The notes beneath the pieces were generated by a model that searched no databases, had not been told where the DNA came from, and saw only the letters and a program-made list of their open reading frames with translations. From Planktothrix sp. GU0601_MAG3 (GTDB lineage: Bacteria > Cyanobacteriota > Cyanobacteriia > Cyanobacteriales > Microcoleaceae), in assembly GCA_035193785.1 (NCBI GenBank), contig CP136572.1:4532578-4596577 (forward strand): a stretch of 64,000 bases of DNA. Reading direction: 5' to 3'. Both the position numbers and the translations under genes were made by a program. Positions within the stretch are counted from its first letter, which is position 1. The number at the start of each line of letters is the position of its first letter. Positions 59,853-64,000 of the stretch are shown here, piece after piece.

Positions 59853-59996
59853 TTATTTGTAATTCTGTAGTTGTTGTCTCAATTTATCTAATGCAGAATC
59901 AGAGGTTTCTAATAGTTCTGGTTGGTCTGGACAGAATTCTAGTTCGATTCCCATGGTAAGTTGAGGTTATGATCAGTTATTATAGTTGGCGATCGC
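59853..59996 (-). pseudogene. C-terminal remnant of a second KGK-domain gene
   Basis: AIANYNN*S*PQLTMGIELEFCPDQPELLETSDSALDKLRQQ aligns with the neighbour's AITSYNNLSEPQIAIEIELEFCPVEPE. Confidence 0.75.
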
Positions 59997-60127
59997 TCTT
60001 TTTTTTAAGAATGCGATCGCTTTCCCTGAAATTATTACAAGAAAGTACGATCGCTTGGACTACACCGAATTCAAATTGATATGATAGAAACTGGTGATAT
60101 AATAAATTAAGTAATTCTGGGATCGCC

Positions 60128-60441
60128 ATGGCTAAACTTCAGATTGAAAACTTACCCAAAGACTTCAAAAAAAATCTCTCTGAGTTATTGTCCCGTGTGG
60201 AACTTGGAGAAGAAATTATTATTTCAAATCAAGGGGTGGCGATCGCGAAGTTAATTCCGTTTCGTCCTTCATCCAATCGACGGGCGAGTTTAGGGCAAGA
60301 TCAAGGTAATGAATTATAGTTTTCTGTTGCTAGTGTTTGGGAAATTGGGATCAAACTCAAATTGAGAATATGATACTGGTGAGCGCTGATTCAATGTTCG
60401 AGCAATACAGCGATATTTCTGTTCTTTGGGCTGCTAATTAA
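60128..60441 (+). pseudogene. Degraded Phd/YefM antitoxin plus PIN toxin module
   Basis: KKNLSELLSRVELGEEIIISNQGVAIAKLIP..LGQDQG is fused to PIN fragments NEL*FSVASVWEIGIK and QIENMILVSADSMFEQY..VLW. Confidence 0.75.
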
Positions 60442-60593
60442 TATTAGATAACTGCTCTTTTTTTAAGAGAGCGATCGCTTTCCCTAAAATTATTATAAGA
60501 AAGGGCGATCGCTCCTTTTTTAAGAATGTGATCGCTCTCCCTACAATTAAAACTACACCGATTAACTGAATATTCTAATTACTTCGCTTCAAT

Positions 60594-60979
60594 CTAACGC
60601 ACCACTCGGACTTCAACTGCAAGGCTAAGACTGCTCCACAATCTATCAGTTGTCAGAACAGGTTGATTAAGAGAAATCCCTAACGCTAGACAAGCGCGAT
60701 CACCAAATGAAAGCCCAATTGATTTAGTTTTTGGTCGCAGCATTCCCGACTTTAATGCTTGTTCTTGATCAAAAGCTACAACCTCAAGATTTAGATTAGA
60801 TAGAATCTGCTGAATGATGTTTTCATTTATTCCTGCTTCTGCTAACTTTGCTATCACTTCAGACAAGTTGACGGTATACTGATGGCAGCATTACCAATAA
60901 ACCGCGAAATTTCTTCGCTACCAGTTTCTTGATTCAGCAAAGCCAAGACAGCAGAGGCATCTAAAACAACTTCACTCAC
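60594..60979 (-). pseudogene. vapC: VapC/PIN toxin with a 2-bp frameshift at ~60875-60878
   Basis: VVLDASAVLALLNQE..AAIS[+2]TVNLSEV..GLSFGDRACLALG..VLTTDR. Confidence 0.75.
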
Positions 60980-61214
60980 CTGTCCCCTCCAATCTTCGCT
61001 CCTGAATCAACTCCTCCGAGAGTTTTCTACTAGCAGGAATATATTGCCGGAAAAGAGCTTGAGCCTTTTGGACGGAAGTTTGAGCCTGATCCGAAATGGG
61101 TTGATCTTCTATAACGAGAACGGCATTATACTGACCCACTGGTATATCTACAGGAGAATCGACTAACAACTTGCCATTGCTTGTTATCGTTACCTTTAAT
61201 CCAATAGTTCGCAT
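60972..61214 (-). CDS. Probable antitoxin of the adjacent PIN toxin
   Basis: Small ORF ending LSEELIQERRLE; its stop overlaps the toxin GTG. Confidence 0.65.
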   Translation of the reverse strand: MRTIGLKVTITSNGKLLVDSPVDIPVGQYNAVLVIEDQPISDQAQTSVQKAQALFRQYIPASRKLSEELIQERRLEGTGE

Positions 61215-61454
61215 CGTCAACTCTACTCATTAATTTAACTATTAATTATAATTATAAAGATTCCAAAAATGACTAACAATCGCAATGACAAGCAAGGGCA
61301 ATCTCATCAATCTTTCTTATCAGACTGCGATCGCTTTCCCTAAAATTATTATAAGAAAGTGCGAGTGCTCTTTTTTTAAGCAGGCGATCGCATTCCCTAT
61401 AATTATCACATTTTAAAACATCATAATTTTACTATTGTTGCCCTATCTGCTACT

Positions 61455-61949
61455 CTACTTTTTCCAGTGACACAAATCTGGAATTAATTCTTGGTCAATC
61501 GGCCCACAAATCTCAAAAACCATTAACTTAGCTTTAACTCCAGCAAGAATCAGAGCAGAAGAACGATGATTGCCGTCCATTATTAAGTGTTCGCCATTTG
61601 GCAATGCGTATGTTGCTATTACCAGTTGAATGGGTTGTTGAGTAGTATTGATGAATCCATTTAATAGCTCTTGAATTTTATCTCTACGACTACTATGAAG
61701 GAGATTTATAGCTTTAGGAATATCAGCTAGTGTCAGTGGACTTGCATTAGCTACTGAATAGCCGACATCCTCCTTTAAATCATTGAAATACCAGGGTAAA
61801 TACCAAGCTGAAGGATTTTCTAGTTGATCAAAAACGCTCATTATAACAGTAACTTTCTCGCTTTTTAATCTCTCCCAATCAAGTTGAATTCTGATTGAGA
61901 GATTAAAAAATGACTGAAAAATCAAAAAAGGGATTTCAGTTGATGTCAT
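61455..61949 (-). CDS. Hypothetical protein with ParB/Srx-like DGNHR motif
   Basis: HLIMDGNHRSSAL. Confidence 0.5.
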   Translation of the reverse strand: MTSTEIPFLIFQSFFNLSIRIQLDWERLKSEKVTVIMSVFDQLENPSAWYLPWYFNDLKEDVGYSVANASPLTLADIPKAINLLHSSRRDKIQELLNGFINTTQQPIQLVIATYALPNGEHLIMDGNHRSSALILAGVKAKLMVFEICGPIDQELIPDLCHWKK

Positions 61950-61958
61950 ATTAATAAT

Positions 61959-62696
61959 TTAATCTTTTCGGTTTGATGAGTTTAGCAATTCTATAATTGT
62001 GTAGTTGTTTTGCTTATTTAGGCTCAAAAGTTTCATTACCCCATTTTCTTCTAAAAACTGATCATAAATCTCTTTCGCTCTTTGTGGGTTTTTTGATTTT
62101 AATTCATATAAATATGTTACCGTCAAACTTTCCATACTTCTAATTAATGATTCATTCTCACTATCAGGGTTGTTTTTTGGTTGAAATAGTAATATTAGGT
62201 CATCTATTTTAGATCTGAAATCAGGAACAAATCGTCGATTTTTATTGTTTTTTTTATTGTTCATAAAATCAAGTTTTTTGATTTGTTTTAATAAACGCTT
62301 AACTAAAACTCCAGCTAATGGTTTCCCTTCATATGAATCATAATTTGTTAGTAATTCCAAAGATTTAGGCAAGAGGCTCTCGGCATAATAAATAGCAAGA
62401 TCTTTCTCACAAAATTGTAATACTGGTAATAGGGATAAACAATCATAAAGCAATGCTGGTGCGGCACTAGCTTCTCCTAGCTCAACTCGGTGTATCCCTT
62501 TTTCAATCACACCAATTTTTTCATATATTTCTAATCCTGATAGTCCAGTTTGAAGATATTTAATTTCTTTGGTAAGATCTCTTATTAGATAAACTGATCT
62601 CTCTTGATTTTTTCCTATCCAAACAGTCATTAAAAATAATATAAACCCTGCGGAAAGTGAGACTATATCAGCCCAAGTCCATATATTATCAAGCAT
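61959..62696 (-). CDS. AT-rich hypothetical protein with N-terminal TM helix
   Basis: Long ORF; hydrophobic segment WADIVSLSAGFILFLMTVWIG. Confidence 0.5.
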   Translation of the reverse strand: MLDNIWTWADIVSLSAGFILFLMTVWIGKNQERSVYLIRDLTKEIKYLQTGLSGLEIYEKIGVIEKGIHRVELGEASAAPALLYDCLSLLPVLQFCEKDLAIYYAESLLPKSLELLTNYDSYEGKPLAGVLVKRLLKQIKKLDFMNNKKNNKNRRFVPDFRSKIDDLILLFQPKNNPDSENESLIRSMESLTVTYLYELKSKNPQRAKEIYDQFLEENGVMKLLSLNKQNNYTIIELLNSSNRKD

Positions 62697-63023
62697 AATT
62701 ATAAAAAATATACTGTTTATAAAAAAATGTTGGGACAATTCCAATCATTAGTTAAAATAATTATTTTAAACTAATAAAATTTAAAACGTCGTTTCAGGAT
62801 ATAAAAAAACAAGTGTTAAATCTCGAAAATTTACGTTTTACTTGTTCTATAATCCTTTATAAATTACAGATTTGTCTAGCTCAAAAATGTCCTATTTTGT
62901 CAACAATTTTTACCAACCTTTGTCTTCTTGAAATCTAGTTTTATACAAAAATATACAAAATTGTCTAAAAAAGTCAGCCCATGTGCGCTATAATACACAA
63001 AACCATTGCATCTCTTAGCCGTA

Positions 63024-64000
63024 ATGAACCTTAAAGAAATGTTAAAAGTGGCTGATGATATAGTATTTGCTAAAACGGGTAGGCATCTTGATGATTTAGA
63101 GGAAGCGGTATTGCGGGGAACACTGGAACGGGAGACGTACAAACAAATTGCTAAGGATTTTGATTGTTCGGTGAGTAATGTGAGAAATGCAGGATCAAAA
63201 TTATGGAAAATTATTGCAAAAGAGTTAGGGGAAGATGTTAATAAATCGAATTTTAAATCTGCAATTGAGAGGTTACAAGACTCTAATCTTTTCAACTTTG
63301 CACAAAATGTTAATAATAATGTTAGTCATAGTTTTAATATTTGTGGAGAAAGTAGACATCCGCCAGATACACCAAACCCACATCAGCAAAATGAGGATAT
63401 TTCTCAGTCTAAATCAATTGAAACTCTGCATAATGATTTAAGCGAGATGCCTGATTTGGGTGCTTTTTATAATCGCATCCCTGAATTATCAACCCTGACA
63501 AATTGGATTTTACAAGAACAATGTCGTTTGATTGCAATTACGGGTATTAGTGGTATTGGTAAAACGGCGTTAACGGTGCAATTGGTTCAACAAATTAAGG
63601 ATGAATTTGAATATGTAATTTGGTGTGATTTTGACTCATTGCCGACTTTAGCGGAATTTCAAAGTAACTTGATTCGGATAATTTCTCAGTCTGAAACAGT
63701 TAGATTTATCGGCAAATAATCAGAAATCTTTACCTCTAATTAAATATTTACAAAAGTATCGGTATTTAGTTATTTTAGATAATATTCAAAATCTTTTTAG
63801 TAGTGGCGAATTAGCGGGAAAATATAAACCAGGATATGAAGACTATCGCACTTTGTTTAAACAAATTAAAGAATTACATCATCAAAGTTGTGTTGTGTTA
63901 ACGGGTTGGGAACAACCTAGAATTGTAACTGAGGTTAAAGGCGAAAATTCTCTGATTCGGACTTTACGACTGACGGGTTTGGATATGGTAGCTGCGCGGG
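63024..64000 (+). CDS. wHTH plus NB-ARC/STAND ATPase (apparent frameshift at GAAAC 63693-63697; runs off window)
   Basis: MNLKEMLKVADDIVFAKTGRHLDD..TYKQIA..GSKLW; FYNR, GISGIGKT, and YLVILDNIQ..HQSCVVLTGWE in the next frame. Confidence 0.8.

Larger units (their letters stand above)
59989..61405 (+). repeat. Three dispersed HIP1-rich direct repeats (59989-60055, 60453-60549, 61327-61405)
   Basis: Alternating subunits GCGATCGCTTTCCCTAAAATTATTATAAGAAAG and GCGATCGCTCTTTTTTTAAGAAT. Confidence 0.8.

Noticed and set aside
61455..61949. DndB-like DGQHR protein linked to the phosphorothioate signal
   Set aside because: The motif is DGNHR, the protein is much shorter than DndB, and no dndCDE genes are nearby.

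Overview
Chromosomal window from an AT-rich filamentous cyanobacterium, most likely Oscillatoriales and Planktothrix-like (photosystem I genes psaL/I/F/J, gap2, frequent HIP1 GCGATCGC, heptamer STRR arrays). It is mostly housekeeping genes: recQ, two recJ paralogs, tsaD, thiL, menF/A/E/C/H, purB, mraY, Ser/Thr kinases and a PP2C, and RTX proteins. Accessory pieces include a Swt1-like HEPN-NACHT ATPase plus WD40 gene pair, a papain-fold toxin cassette, an IS200/IS605 element (intact tnpB, internally deleted tnpA), GTAG-type REP/MITE clusters, and a right-end island of toxin-antitoxin and KGK genes separated by HIP1-rich repeats. The strongest window-wide signal is that about 24 apparent frameshifts in otherwise intact genes, including essential ones, are all repaired by deleting one base from GAAAC/GTTTC to give GAAC/GTTC. 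GAAC/GTTC is the consensus of Dnd-type DNA phosphorothioation, so these look like modification-induced sequencing errors rather than pseudogenes. All calls were made by eye from motifs; no searches were run.
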